From Pseudomonadota bacterium (GTDB lineage Bacteria; UBA10199; 2-02-FULL-44-16; JBDRGF01), in contig JBDRGF010000159.1 of the NCBI GenBank assembly GCA_043818055.1, positions 17,623-81,622 on the forward strand: 64,000 nt of DNA, given 5' to 3'. A program made the translations under genes and the position numbers. This document shows, piece by piece, positions 1-10,846 of the stretch; position 1 is the stretch's first letter, and every line of letters starts with the position of its first letter. The notes under the pieces were generated by a model. It made no database searches. It saw only the letters and a program-made list of their open reading frames with translations, and was not told the DNA's origin.

Positions 1-1133
1 ATAAGTAAATAACTAGCATAAGCAACAAGCAAGTATCGTGCCGAATAATACGCTTTATATCTTATAAATGGGTATGCCAGCATCACGAAATAGAAAACTG
101 AAAATATCAATCCATAATTTCTGATTAACTCTACATATGTCAGCTCTACAATAGATAAATACTGCCCTCTGCCTGCCACATAAAATCTAGCCCCAAGTCC
201 TTGCCCAACCAGTAAATTCTTCAGACTTTCAAACACAACTGAGTAATCATTTAAAAAACTTATTTTTAATGCGTTAGATGATTCCTTCATTGATAGCGCG
301 TCTAGGAGCACATCTTTTATTAAAACACTAACAATTATTAAAAAAACAAATAGGATACTTATGACAAAAAGTTTCTTCTTTGTATATGTAAACCATGTGG
401 CAAGAGGTGTTAAAACACACAGCATAATACTACTCCTTGTTCCAACAATAAACATAGCAAAAACATTAACAAAAAGAATAAACATTGCGCCCATTTTTGC
501 AAAGCCTTTTTTTTTCATAAACTGATAAGTAAAATATGCAATCGGTATTACCAGTAATGGCGAAGTGTAGATATCTACCGTCAGGTAATCATAGCCCCCG
601 TAACTACGCATGCTCCCACCAAGCATACCATACTGTTCACCGAAATCCCACACTGCCAAACCATCAACAATCTTATACTTTACGACGAACAATATCGCAA
701 TCATTGCCATGGACAATAATGTCAAAATAACGCTCAACGTCCTGGTAAGATCGATATTCTCTGTGAACAATATGAATATAAGTGAAAGGAAAAGATATGC
801 CTTAAAATATCCAAAACCGTCGTAGTTTGCCAGTGTTTGGTTGCTTACCGCAAAATTAAATATCGACAGAACCGGCAGGACAAGACTGAACAACATAAAA
901 TAAATGACCATGGAAAAAGGAACATTTAACATGCCCTTGTCACATAGATGTTTCATTATAAAAACCAACCATGTAAGAACGAACAGCGGCACTTTTAAAT
1001 GAAATAGTTTATCAGCGGGATCAAAAACACATACGAACACGAGCAATACTATCACGATATGCAAGATCTTACTTAAAACATTATCACCTGCAATTTCTAT
1101 AGAATCGTTATTTATACAAGTGCAATTTTTCAT
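1..1133 (-). CDS. Polytopic membrane protein, O-antigen polymerase/ligase (Wzy)-like; partial, C-terminus runs off the window start
   Basis: Minus-strand ATG at 1133..1131. My manual translation gives an open frame for more than 370 aa down to position 1 with many hydrophobic segments. It is absent from the ORF track only because the stop lies outside the window. It lies at the distal end of the glycan locus. Confidence 0.5.
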   Translation of the reverse strand, partial: MKNCTCINNDSIEIAGDNVLSKILHIVIVLLVFVCVFDPADKLFHLKVPLFVLTWLVFIMKHLCDKGMLNVPFSMVIYFMLFSLVLPVLSIFNFAVSNQTLANYDGFGYFKAYLFLSLIFILFTENIDLTRTLSVILTLLSMAMIAILFVVKYKIVDGLAVWDFGEQYGMLGGSMRSYGGYDYLTVDIYTSPLLVIPIAYFTYQFMKKKGFAKMGAMFILFVNVFAMFIVGTRSSIMLCVLTPLATWFTYTKKKLFVISILFVFLIIVSVLIKDVLLDALSMKESSNALKISFLNDYSVVFESLKNLLVGQGLGARFYVAGRGQYLSIVELTYVELIRNYGLIFSVFYFVMLAYPFIRYKAYYSARYLLVAYASYLL

Positions 1134-1151
1134 GATAAAATTTACTGATAG

Positions 1152-2585
1152 TTAATACCGGAAATGCATGTCGGCAAGAATACTATTAAAGTCCTTTTCA
1201 ACATCTTTCCCTAACCGAAATACAAGACTCTCCAGATAAGAACTCTCAGAAAGCTGTCTTGACGCGGACTCAGTTAAACTCATATCGATAAGCGCCCGCA
1301 TCCAGCGTTCATCTACATTATACTTAACAAAAAAAGTGGTCATTTTTGTTAAATTTCTAATTTTTTTTGCTGTTTCCCGATCAAATCTAACAGATCCTTC
1401 GCCAGAATGCCACTCGTACTCGCATTTATCGTTTAACAAAACCCCATCATTGAGACATTTGTTGTAAAGTAAAGTGCCGGGATATAACATCAAAGGAAAA
1501 CACGTAGTAAAGCCGCCTGGAGCAACACGTTGACAAAGTTTGATTGTATCAAGGGCGTCTCCAAGTGGATCTTGGACGGGAAGTCCGATTATCACTTCTA
1601 ATTTTACTTTGATACCAAAACTACGAAGCCTTTCATAAGCTTTTTTAACCTGCTCTTCTTTTTGAAAAGTTCGATTGAAAAGGTTTAACGATTCTGGCCG
1701 CGCAGTCTGTACCCCCATTTGAACAGAACTTACAATCTTCGCCAAAGTGGTCAAAGCCTTATCAGATACCTTCATTACAGTTTGAGGCGTCACATTGGCA
1801 TATGTCGGCAAACCAATTTCCTTATTCCAAGCGTCCACAAATGATTCGATCCATGTTTCAGCCTCGGCACCTGCAAAAATATCATCATCTTCCAACGACA
1901 CTTCTCTCGTATCAAATTCAAGCAACACCTTAGCTTCTTTAATAAGCTCCTCTACGGGACGTCTCATCATCCAGTACTTATTATATTCAGTAGCACCATA
2001 ATGCTTCCGAAGTAATGAAGTAGTACAATAAGAACAGTTATATAAACAACCAAAATGCGACATGATGTATTTGCGATGTCTGTTTGCCATACGGGGAATT
2101 GACAAGTAATAATCACGTACAGACGGGTACATTACTTGGCTATCTACAGGTTTTCCTATGATAGTGCCTTTGCGCTCACTTTTTATAATTTTCTCCACTG
2201 TTCCGTACACCGGCCCTCTGACCAAAATATCGACTGCTTTACTTTCTATACATTCTGGAACGGCAAATGCATGCACACCGCCAAATACTGTCGAAGCTTC
2301 CGGTAACGCCGATTTTATCTTCATTGCAAGCTCTTCTGACTTTGAAAAAAATGTTGATAACGGAGAAAAACAGACAAAATTTGGCTTCCATTCCGATATT
2401 CTTGAAACCACATCAGGATCATCACCATCATACCATTTTACGTCATAGCCATGTCTTTCAAGCTCGCCGGCCACAAATGTAAGACCGTAAGCCATATCAT
2501 TACCTATGTGAATCAAAGCAAATTTTCTTGAATTCGATCTAATTTCTCCGACTGACGCCTTTGTTTTTTCACATGAGCAGTTCAA
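1152..2585 (-). CDS. B12-binding domain radical SAM enzyme (class B rSAM, probable methyltransferase)
   Basis: N-terminal cobalamin-binding-like region followed by CLYNCSYC, which fits CxxxCxxC. 477 aa. Confidence 0.8.
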   Translation of the reverse strand: MNCSCEKTKASVGEIRSNSRKFALIHIGNDMAYGLTFVAGELERHGYDVKWYDGDDPDVVSRISEWKPNFVCFSPLSTFFSKSEELAMKIKSALPEASTVFGGVHAFAVPECIESKAVDILVRGPVYGTVEKIIKSERKGTIIGKPVDSQVMYPSVRDYYLSIPRMANRHRKYIMSHFGCLYNCSYCTTSLLRKHYGATEYNKYWMMRRPVEELIKEAKVLLEFDTREVSLEDDDIFAGAEAETWIESFVDAWNKEIGLPTYANVTPQTVMKVSDKALTTLAKIVSSVQMGVQTARPESLNLFNRTFQKEEQVKKAYERLRSFGIKVKLEVIIGLPVQDPLGDALDTIKLCQRVAPGGFTTCFPLMLYPGTLLYNKCLNDGVLLNDKCEYEWHSGEGSVRFDRETAKKIRNLTKMTTFFVKYNVDERWMRALIDMSLTESASRQLSESSYLESLVFRLGKDVEKDFNSILADMHFRY

Positions 2586-2598
2586 TAGCCACCTCCGA

Positions 2599-3672
2599 TT
2601 AAAAAGCTTTATTCATATAACGCGAAAAAGTGGATGTTACTATATGAGCATATTTCAGATATTTAAGAGGTACCAACATTTTAAGCCTCGCTTTAGCAAT
2701 ATACAAAGGCATAGCATTAAACGCAATATTCAATTCAGAAACAGCATTATCATATAAAGTTGAACCTCTCAGAAAATCAAATCCCTTCTCAACCAAAAGA
2801 CGGTATTTCAGCATATCGTCCATAACTAACTTTTTATTATGCATTATGCTTCTTACAACAACAGCACATATAACCGATTTCAATATCGAAGATAAGTTTT
2901 TTTGGAAATCAACCTTCAGAGCATCCTTTGACAAAACCGTAATACTTTCTCGAATTAGATTTACCCCTGCTTCTTTAAACAATGCTACATCACTACTTGA
3001 GCATGTCCATGACTTTTCATGCATACGAGTCGAAACCAATGGAGCATCTATATAAACAACTTCAGGCAACAAACCAGTTTTAATTAAAAGTAAATCTTCT
3101 GTATATAAAGCTGTTGGCCCGCTTGATAGCCGTTGAACACCGCCAATACTTCTAAGATAATCTGTATTATAAAACCCACAACATCCCATCGCTTTTAACC
3201 CACCTGACAAATAAGCCCTTAGAAAAGCTCTCCCTGAAAACAACATGGCCCGTCCATCATTATATCTTTTGAACTTATGAACATGGGAACCATAAATACC
3301 AAAATATGATGTAAACACAGATATTGGGAAATCAAACTTAGTCAAAGCAGCACAAGACTCATTTAAAAAAGTTGGCGCACATGGGTCATCATCAAACTGC
3401 CATGTAAAATACTTACCATTAGCTCTGGTGAGCAAATAATTCATATTTTCCAACTCACCCATATTCCGTTTGTGATTGATAATTTTAACTCTTGGATCGT
3501 CAATTCCCAACATCTCGAGCGAAAGGGAATCGTCCACAAAATCATTTCCAACAATAACTTCAAAATCAGTAAAGGTTTGCGCTAAAATAGATGAAAGAGT
3601 TTGTTTCAATAAATCTTTTCTCCTATAAGTTGGAACACCTATTGAAAAAAAAGGCTGTCCTGTGATCGCCAT
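2599..3672 (-). CDS. Family 2 glycosyltransferase
   Basis: N-terminal FSIGVPTYRRKDLLKQTLSSILAQTFTDFEVIVGNDFVDD GT-A motif region. Confidence 0.75.
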   Translation of the reverse strand: MAITGQPFFSIGVPTYRRKDLLKQTLSSILAQTFTDFEVIVGNDFVDDSLSLEMLGIDDPRVKIINHKRNMGELENMNYLLTRANGKYFTWQFDDDPCAPTFLNESCAALTKFDFPISVFTSYFGIYGSHVHKFKRYNDGRAMLFSGRAFLRAYLSGGLKAMGCCGFYNTDYLRSIGGVQRLSSGPTALYTEDLLLIKTGLLPEVVYIDAPLVSTRMHEKSWTCSSSDVALFKEAGVNLIRESITVLSKDALKVDFQKNLSSILKSVICAVVVRSIMHNKKLVMDDMLKYRLLVEKGFDFLRGSTLYDNAVSELNIAFNAMPLYIAKARLKMLVPLKYLKYAHIVTSTFSRYMNKAF

Positions 3673-3695
3673 CCTAACTCCCCTTGTTATTAATT

Positions 3696-4565
3696 CTATG
3701 GTCTGTTTGCCGAAAACACGATATCCTTCAAATGCCGCAGTGTCATTAAAGAATATTTTTTGTCGCTTACGGTATAAAATTGACAGACAGCCCGCTTTAT
3801 GAGCCTAATATAGAATATGAAATTTTCCATTTTCGATCCATAAGATTTCATAAAAAGTGTTTCAGCTTTGAGAATATTTAAATATCTTTTTTCATTCATG
3901 AATTTATCATAGTTTCTTACGGAAAGCTCGTGTTCAACAATCGAATCCATTACATAAATCTTATTGCCTATTTTGTTGATAGAATAAAACATCCATCTAT
4001 CTAAGCAGTCCATCCAAAACACTTCATTAAATCCACCGATTTTTTGCAAAACGGGAACTCTGACAGTGCTTCCAGAACCGATGGCACAGGCGTTTTTAAA
4101 CATACAAATACCTCTGTGTCGCCTGTCTATCGCCCTGACTATCCCGCCAAACCAAATCCTTGTCGGAGAAAATATATTATTCTTAAAGCACATCTTTGGA
4201 ACAACGGCGGCAATCTCGTCATTATCACCAACCTTGGAAAGATTATCCATCAGGCTGACAATAAAATCATCCGGCAATGATGAATCTTGATCCAAAAGAA
4301 GCAACCAGTCGCAGAAAGCATTAACCGCTTTACTCAACGCGTAATTGTACGCAACTGCCAAGCCTTTGTTGGTGTTGTCATGAACATATTCGCATTTAAA
4401 TACTGTGAAATCCAGACTTTGTATTGATGGACTATTATCGTAGACAATAAAGTTTATTTTCTCAAATGATTGAGAATCTCTCATATAATTCTTCAACAGG
4501 GAAATATATGTTTTACTATTCTCAATTACACAATTATAAACCACTATAATGACCGTTAAACTCAT
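3696..4565 (-). CDS. Family 2 glycosyltransferase (rhamnosyltransferase-like)
   Basis: TVIIVVYNC...YDNSPS N-terminal GT2 signature and LLLLDQDS DxD region. 4-nt overlap with the upstream gene. Confidence 0.7.
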   Translation of the reverse strand: MSLTVIIVVYNCVIENSKTYISLLKNYMRDSQSFEKINFIVYDNSPSIQSLDFTVFKCEYVHDNTNKGLAVAYNYALSKAVNAFCDWLLLLDQDSSLPDDFIVSLMDNLSKVGDNDEIAAVVPKMCFKNNIFSPTRIWFGGIVRAIDRRHRGICMFKNACAIGSGSTVRVPVLQKIGGFNEVFWMDCLDRWMFYSINKIGNKIYVMDSIVEHELSVRNYDKFMNEKRYLNILKAETLFMKSYGSKMENFIFYIRLIKRAVCQFYTVSDKKYSLMTLRHLKDIVFSANRP

Positions 4566-6313
4566 GGTCTACCCCGACACAATTTTTCTCTTAGCACAAA
4601 CATCTTATTTTGGATTCGTCTAAACAAGCTTCTACATTTACGCGGAATGCAACCTAACAATGCAATAATAAAATATGAGTTGCAGTACAATAATATATTT
4701 ATACTTACTGCGTGTCGAAAATCACTTATTCCATACACAGCATTAGCTATAGAACTCTCCAACTTACAAAAACGATCAAAATCTTTTTTGTTAAGCAAAA
4801 CATTTAGACTTGATGCAATTCTTATAATTAACAATCTCATCGAATGGGTTTTTAAAGCCGATGTCACATCAGGAATGTTCTTCAACGCTACAAGAAAATT
4901 ATATATAGCCCTGATCACCATCACATTAAGATCAATTTTATCGCGCCATTCCCACTCAGCATCAATAAAAATGCATTTATTATCAAATATAAAACAGTTA
5001 CTCCACAAACAATCCAAATACTTTCCATCAAGTAGTTCCACTCCCATCTCCTTCGTGCATAACGATTTAAGATAGTAAAGCCACAATTTGCATGGAGCAA
5101 ATATATCCTCTATAGAAACATTTATTTCTCTAACCCTCTTCAATATCTGCGCATGCAACGTCGGCTCGTTCAGCCATTCATCTTTACATGTATGAAGTGA
5201 CATCTTTCCCAACGTCACTACTTCAAGACCACATTGAGGTACTTTATTTACAAATATTCTTTTATTTTCGCATTCAAGAATTCTGGTCACTGTTTGAAAT
5301 TCGCTAATTCGATTTTCACTATAAGCCAAACCAAGTTGGTCAAATTTAATCGATGATATGTTATGCCTGCCAGCTATAACCAAGAATGAATTAGAAAAGA
5401 AAGGGAGTTGGTTGTTTTTATCTAGTTCTAAGAGAGCGATATTTTCATCGAATAATGGTTTTCTACGGCCTGAGTAATCTCGCGGCCTATAAAGACCCGC
5501 AAGCTCACCCGCTTTTATTTTATTGAAAGCCCTCTCCGCTAAAACACATGATGGTATTTTATAATCTGGGTACGGAAAATAAAATTCGACATTTTCATAG
5601 TATTTTTTAAGTCTTGATCGCAACTCATAATAACCAAACGTCCGTCCTCTGTTTTTAAAACGGGGATACCCTTCTATGCCATCGAACATAACATCCGTAT
5701 GGTCTTCGCTACTCGATGAAAAGTATTTCAATCCAAACTGGTTTTCAATTGCCAGAACGACTACTCCATCTGGTGTTAAAATATCTTTAAAATACTCAAG
5801 AATGTAATCATAAGGATTATCTTTATTCACAAAAGCATTTGAATACTCAAAAACGCCGACACAAAAAATTATATCGAAAGGCTCTTTAAAATCCACCTCG
5901 TGAAATGGGGCACAAAGCACCGAAACATTGTTCATATCCTTTGTGCGCAAACGCGCCAAACGTGCTCTACTCTCGCTACCTTCAACGGCAACAACATCAT
6001 CGAATGTTTCTGCAAGAAAGCGAGTGATTGCTCCGCAACCGCAACCAACCTCCAACACTTTTTTTGTTCTATCATACTCAAAACCACGAAGAAGTTGCGT
6101 TCGTTTTCTCGACAAATGATATTCGCTTGACCAATCCCTAATGTAGCGTTCTAGTTCGTACGACTTTGAGCTCAAATCAGTCGCTTTCCTAAATACCTTT
6201 TCGAGGTAATTCTCAAAGAAACGACCCTCTGAGTAATTTATCGTATTTCCGTTAGCAAGAACCCAAACTGACCCATCGTTAAGCTCTATTTTGTTATTAA
6301 CTCTTTTTTTCAT
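4562..6313 (-). CDS. Class I SAM-dependent methyltransferase fused to a ~350-aa C-terminal domain of unknown function
   Basis: VLEVGCGCGAITRFLAETFDDVVAVEGSE SAM-binding motif I in the N-terminal third. I do not recognise the C-terminal part. Confidence 0.65.
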   Translation of the reverse strand: MKKRVNNKIELNDGSVWVLANGNTINYSEGRFFENYLEKVFRKATDLSSKSYELERYIRDWSSEYHLSRKRTQLLRGFEYDRTKKVLEVGCGCGAITRFLAETFDDVVAVEGSESRARLARLRTKDMNNVSVLCAPFHEVDFKEPFDIIFCVGVFEYSNAFVNKDNPYDYILEYFKDILTPDGVVVLAIENQFGLKYFSSSSEDHTDVMFDGIEGYPRFKNRGRTFGYYELRSRLKKYYENVEFYFPYPDYKIPSCVLAERAFNKIKAGELAGLYRPRDYSGRRKPLFDENIALLELDKNNQLPFFSNSFLVIAGRHNISSIKFDQLGLAYSENRISEFQTVTRILECENKRIFVNKVPQCGLEVVTLGKMSLHTCKDEWLNEPTLHAQILKRVREINVSIEDIFAPCKLWLYYLKSLCTKEMGVELLDGKYLDCLWSNCFIFDNKCIFIDAEWEWRDKIDLNVMVIRAIYNFLVALKNIPDVTSALKTHSMRLLIIRIASSLNVLLNKKDFDRFCKLESSIANAVYGISDFRHAVSINILLYCNSYFIIALLGCIPRKCRSLFRRIQNKMFVLREKLCRGRP

Positions 6314-6317
6314 ATAC

Positions 6318-7844
6318 CTATTCTCCGGCTAAGTTGGTTTGACTTTCGCAGACAAGCACAGGTCTGAAAAGTTGAATACGGACTCGAATTCCTAGTGAAG
6401 TTAGAGTATTATTAATTATTCCTACAAGTGATTCTCCGAGAAGACTTGGAACAAACGAGACTATTAATAAAACCGAAATTACACTACTGCCAAGAACAAC
6501 ACAAAGAAACATCATATTGGATGATGTTAGTTGCCGGACTGTTGTAACAATTGGTAAAATAGTTAGTAACAATAAACTACCGATTATAATTCCATGTGTG
6601 TATAGTTTAAAATAATCTTTCAATCTGAATCTGACGATTGATTTACTTAATTGTATCATTAAAATATAGCCAATTACGTTAGCTATATCAACCGCAATGG
6701 CCACGCCTTTCAAACCGAAAAATGTTCCCACCCAGCTAAATGATATGATTACGAGTGCAGTTATTGCCTTTCGCACGGCACTTGCATATACGGCACCGGT
6801 TGCACGCACAAGAGTATCGGAGATGGTTATAAATATTCTACAAACAATAGTGAGTAACAAAATGCGGAATGGCCAAATGGAAGCTGACCAGTTAGGACCC
6901 AATAAAGTGTAAATTATTTCGGGTGCAATTAGAAACATCAGCACAGTTAGCGGAATTAAAGCAGTACTTACAATGCTCGTAGAAGTAAAGTAAGCTTTTT
7001 CTAACCTTCCTGCTTGGCTTTGAACTTGAGACATTGCTGGAAAAAGAGCTTTGTCCAGGACAAGATTAAGATGCTGACCGGGCATCGACATAATTGAAGA
7101 CGCCCTGTCATAGAAGCCTAAAGATGTAGAACCTAAAAAATGACCAATAATGAAATAATCACCTTGTGAGGCAATGCTATCAAATACTCTTGTTAACGTC
7201 AGACCTCCACCATAAGTCAGAAGTTCTTTATACTCGCTGCCAATTATAAATGGCCTCAAGGAGCCTGGTCTTATAAACAATAAACACGCTGTTTGCAGAC
7301 AACATTGAGTTAATTTTCCCACAACAATTGCCCATGCCCCAGATCCATGCATTGCCATTAAAATACCAACTAGAGCATACCCAAACACATATGAACCAAC
7401 ATCAATCCACATTAGGATATCAAACCTCATCTCCCGCTCTATGCGAGAACGGGAAACAATGCCTATTTTGGTAATCAACGCCGAAACCGCAATCCATCTT
7501 ATTATACTTATAAGACTTTCAGCCTTAAAAAAGGTCGCAATTAGTGGTGCGCACAACCATAATATCAACACAAAGAAGGTACCCAATATTATCGATAGAA
7601 AAAAACCTGCCCTTATATGTTTTTCAGTTAATTCCTCTTTTTGAATTATTGCCGGGCCAATACCAGCATCGGCAAACATATCCACAAAAATCATCACCAT
7701 ATTGGCCATGGCTATGTAGCCGAATTCTCTGGGCAAAACATATCGCGCCAATACTGCTAATACCAATAATTGCAAGACACCCTTTGCGACAACAGCCACA
7801 AGTTGCCAGCTTCCCGCTTTTATGGTTCGGTGTGTTAGAGTCAT
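6318..7844 (-). CDS. wzx: Oligosaccharide/O-antigen flippase Wzx (MOP superfamily)
   Basis: 508 aa with about 12-14 hydrophobic helices and the typical N-terminal KGVLQLLVLAVLARYVLPREFG Wzx-like region. Set in a polysaccharide locus. Confidence 0.7.
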   Translation of the reverse strand: MTLTHRTIKAGSWQLVAVVAKGVLQLLVLAVLARYVLPREFGYIAMANMVMIFVDMFADAGIGPAIIQKEELTEKHIRAGFFLSIILGTFFVLILWLCAPLIATFFKAESLISIIRWIAVSALITKIGIVSRSRIEREMRFDILMWIDVGSYVFGYALVGILMAMHGSGAWAIVVGKLTQCCLQTACLLFIRPGSLRPFIIGSEYKELLTYGGGLTLTRVFDSIASQGDYFIIGHFLGSTSLGFYDRASSIMSMPGQHLNLVLDKALFPAMSQVQSQAGRLEKAYFTSTSIVSTALIPLTVLMFLIAPEIIYTLLGPNWSASIWPFRILLLTIVCRIFITISDTLVRATGAVYASAVRKAITALVIISFSWVGTFFGLKGVAIAVDIANVIGYILMIQLSKSIVRFRLKDYFKLYTHGIIIGSLLLLTILPIVTTVRQLTSSNMMFLCVVLGSSVISVLLIVSFVPSLLGESLVGIINNTLTSLGIRVRIQLFRPVLVCESQTNLAGE

Positions 7845-8776
7845 TATACCCGCATGTTCTTAATTAAACTAATCGTATCTGATATGCCGATATCCAGGTT
7901 GCCATTAAAAAGAAAATCCCTTGATTTAAACTTAGAGTTCGAAACATTATATGAAAGCTGGTTCATTATTTGAGAATCCACAAATTCAATCTTCAGATCA
8001 GAAACATGTTTCTTTATGATCTCTATAATATCATTCACAGTGGAATTGACTGTAACAATGTTATAAGTTTGTTTGTCAAACATGTTTCTTTTAATAACAA
8101 AATCTATAGCCCTAACTGCATCACCAAGATCAAGATATGGCCTCTTCTGGTACAATGCGGTCCGCCAAACGGTTATTGGCTGAGCAAGACATGCCTGCCA
8201 ACAGAACTTGTTAATCGCGGTATGAAAACGCATCCCCAAAGACGTACCGAAGATCGTGCCAAAACGTCCAACAAAGTACTTCAAACCATGCTCATCACCA
8301 AACTTTTTCAACATTTGTTCAGCACGAAGCTTGCTTGACGCGTATGGACTTTGTGGTTTTAATTCCTCGATCGAACAATTTTCATCAACGACCGCTTCTT
8401 GAGTTCCATAAACACTCGTTGTTGAAAAAAACATTATTTTACTCCCAGTCTCTAAACATGCCTTCGCAACACGTTCCGTCCCCTCATAATTAACCTTTTC
8501 AACCTGATCCTGAATATCGAAACTTCCTGCCGCATTTGTGATAGCCGCTAAGTGAATTACACAATCTATGCCATCACAATAATGCACCATATCAGCAGTA
8601 CAAACATCATCCTCCACAAACTTAAATGGCACTCCCTTGGAAAGGTTGAATAGAGAGCTGTAGCGCTGTGTCGATAAATTATCCAATAGAACAACTTTTT
8701 CAAACTCACCAGGTTTAATAGAGTGGATAAAACGAGATCCAATATGACCTAAAGCTCCTGTTATTAAAATTTTCAT
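7844..8776 (-). CDS. NAD-dependent epimerase/dehydratase (SDR family)
   Basis: MKILITGALGHIGSRF Rossmann GxxGxxG motif and YASSK catalytic YxxxK. Confidence 0.75.
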   Translation of the reverse strand: MKILITGALGHIGSRFIHSIKPGEFEKVVLLDNLSTQRYSSLFNLSKGVPFKFVEDDVCTADMVHYCDGIDCVIHLAAITNAAGSFDIQDQVEKVNYEGTERVAKACLETGSKIMFFSTTSVYGTQEAVVDENCSIEELKPQSPYASSKLRAEQMLKKFGDEHGLKYFVGRFGTIFGTSLGMRFHTAINKFCWQACLAQPITVWRTALYQKRPYLDLGDAVRAIDFVIKRNMFDKQTYNIVTVNSTVNDIIEIIKKHVSDLKIEFVDSQIMNQLSYNVSNSKFKSRDFLFNGNLDIGISDTISLIKNMRV

Positions 8777-8818
8777 TTTTCGTCCTTTGCTTGAGTTGTT
8801 TTCGTTTTACCTTATTTA

Positions 8819-9841
8819 CTAAACATATTCACTGAGGCAGTTTTTAAAATATGTTTTAGATTTCTGAAGACCTTCATCTAAACTATATTTTGGACACCAA
8901 TTCATAAATTCCTTGATTCTTTTGTTACTGATAACCGCATCCCCAAGCTCCATTGACTTGCGCTCCTTCGGCCAAGAGATATATTTCACACAACCACTAC
9001 CAATATTATGCACAGTCCTTTCTGCAATTTGTGCCACGCTATAATGATTATCGCCTACTGCAAAAAAAGTTTTACCATTCGAATCCTGTGATTCAGCAGC
9101 AGTAACCAGGGCGTCGACTGCATCCTCCACATAAAGAACATTTCGTAGCTGTTTTCCATCCCCATATACTGTGATATCCTTGTCTTGAAGTGATAAACCA
9201 ATAAAATAATTATTGAAAGTAAACTCTGGGCTATGGATAGACGCCCGGGGGCCAAATACATTAGCGAGTCTAACAACTGTTGCGCGTAAACCATAAGCAC
9301 GTGCGTATATTAGTACATATTTTTCTGAAACACTTTTATTGGCCGAATATATGTCGGTTGGAAATTCGGGATGATCTTCATCTGCAGGGTTGTAACGTAA
9401 CGGACCTAACTGAGTGCTTGTCCCAATGTGAACCAATTTTGCCTCCGAATTAAAACGTTTTATCGCCTCTATAAGATTTACGACGGCCCTGCTGTTTATA
9501 TCAAGGTCCAACCATGGTTCACGCATAGAAAAAGGATGCGACGTAGAAGCTGCGCAATTAAAAATTACGTCTTGACAACATACATGATCAGATAACAAAT
9601 CAAAATTCATGAGATCATGAAAATGCAGTTCAATAACGTCTTTAATATCTTTGACATTATAGAGATTACCTCCAGAGTGAGGGTCTAAGTTGTCATAGAT
9701 CGAAACTTTTGCTCCAAGCTCCACACAACGATGAGCAAGGTTACTGCCTATAAATCCCAATCCTCCAGTAATTAAAACCCTTTTACCTGCCATACCTGAC
9801 ACTGCACTTTTTTCGATCATATACACCTCATTGACTAACAA
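8819..9841 (-). CDS. NAD-dependent epimerase/dehydratase (SDR family); the true start is probably an internal Met
   Basis: VLITGGLGFIGSNLA motif and YSANK. The N-terminal ~20 aa of the track ORF are likely spurious. Confidence 0.7.
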   Translation of the reverse strand: MLVNEVYMIEKSAVSGMAGKRVLITGGLGFIGSNLAHRCVELGAKVSIYDNLDPHSGGNLYNVKDIKDVIELHFHDLMNFDLLSDHVCCQDVIFNCAASTSHPFSMREPWLDLDINSRAVVNLIEAIKRFNSEAKLVHIGTSTQLGPLRYNPADEDHPEFPTDIYSANKSVSEKYVLIYARAYGLRATVVRLANVFGPRASIHSPEFTFNNYFIGLSLQDKDITVYGDGKQLRNVLYVEDAVDALVTAAESQDSNGKTFFAVGDNHYSVAQIAERTVHNIGSGCVKYISWPKERKSMELGDAVISNKRIKEFMNWCPKYSLDEGLQKSKTYFKNCLSEYV

Positions 9842-9859
9842 ATTGAACTGTCGATTTGT

Positions 9860-10846
9860 TTAGCAATAAACATCTATCATTAGATCTATTCCATCTTTAA
9901 GAGAAACTTTTGCTCGCCAACTTGTAGCCTCAGTAAAACAATCAGTCTTGGCAACAAAATTACGCTCTTCTATGGGTGAAAGATTACTCGGAGGATCAAT
10001 ATGAGTAACTTTAATCTCTTTACCAGTTTTGAGTCTTGCTCGTTCCGCAACCAGATTCACAGCATCGGCAATAGTATATGCATCACCACTACCAATAACA
10101 AAATGCCGACCGTTGGCCATATCAATATTCGAAGCAGCGCTCAAGAAAGCAAATACAACGTCGTCCACATAGACATAATCTCTAATAAACTTTCCATCTC
10201 CATAAATAGTTAGTTCTTCACCTTGCAATGCCTTACGCACCATCATATTCAATACACCTCTGTCGGCACTACTACTGCGTGGGCCAGGGCCATAGACATT
10301 TGCTAGTCGTAAAATTGAGCCAAAAACAACCCCCCTATTAATATAGTGTTTTAAATACTTTTCAGACATCAACTTATGCATGTCATAGACTGTAATTGGA
10401 TTGTCTGGGTAGTTCTCATCAATTGGAATATGCTGTGTCAAACCAACCTCGGTCGCAGTTCCTGAAAAAATAATGATAGGTTTATATTGATTTTGACGAC
10501 ACGTTTCCAACAAATTCAACATTGGCATAACATTAATATTTAGGTCGGATCTTGGATCATTTTCTGCAACATAAACACTGGTTTGTGCGGCAAAATGAAA
10601 AACTATATCCACACCTTTTAATATCTGTTTCCAGGTTGTGCTATCACAAATATTCGCACAAACATCTTCAATTTGTGCAACTCCAGCGACCTGTTGAAAT
10701 GATATACCCGGTTTATCCAATCTAATTATATAGCAATCCAAGTTCCGCAATGAACTAATCACATTAGTTGCTAAGTAGCCAGCACCACCAGTTATCAAAA
10801 TTCTTTTGTTCTTGAAGAAATTCATCTGATTGAAACTGTGAACCAA
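9860..10846 (-). CDS. NAD-dependent epimerase/dehydratase (SDR family)
   Basis: ILITGGAGYLATNV motif and YDMHKLMSEKY YxxxK region. Confidence 0.75.
   Translation of the reverse strand: MVHSFNQMNFFKNKRILITGGAGYLATNVISSLRNLDCYIIRLDKPGISFQQVAGVAQIEDVCANICDSTTWKQILKGVDIVFHFAAQTSVYVAENDPRSDLNINVMPMLNLLETCRQNQYKPIIIFSGTATEVGLTQHIPIDENYPDNPITVYDMHKLMSEKYLKHYINRGVVFGSILRLANVYGPGPRSSSADRGVLNMMVRKALQGEELTIYGDGKFIRDYVYVDDVVFAFLSAASNIDMANGRHFVIGSGDAYTIADAVNLVAERARLKTGKEIKVTHIDPPSNLSPIEERNFVAKTDCFTEATSWRAKVSLKDGIDLMIDVYC

Noticed and set aside
536-825. Small plus-strand ORFs 536..730 and 610..825
   Set aside because: They lie antisense inside the long open minus-strand membrane-protein frame (1..1133). 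Low-complexity.
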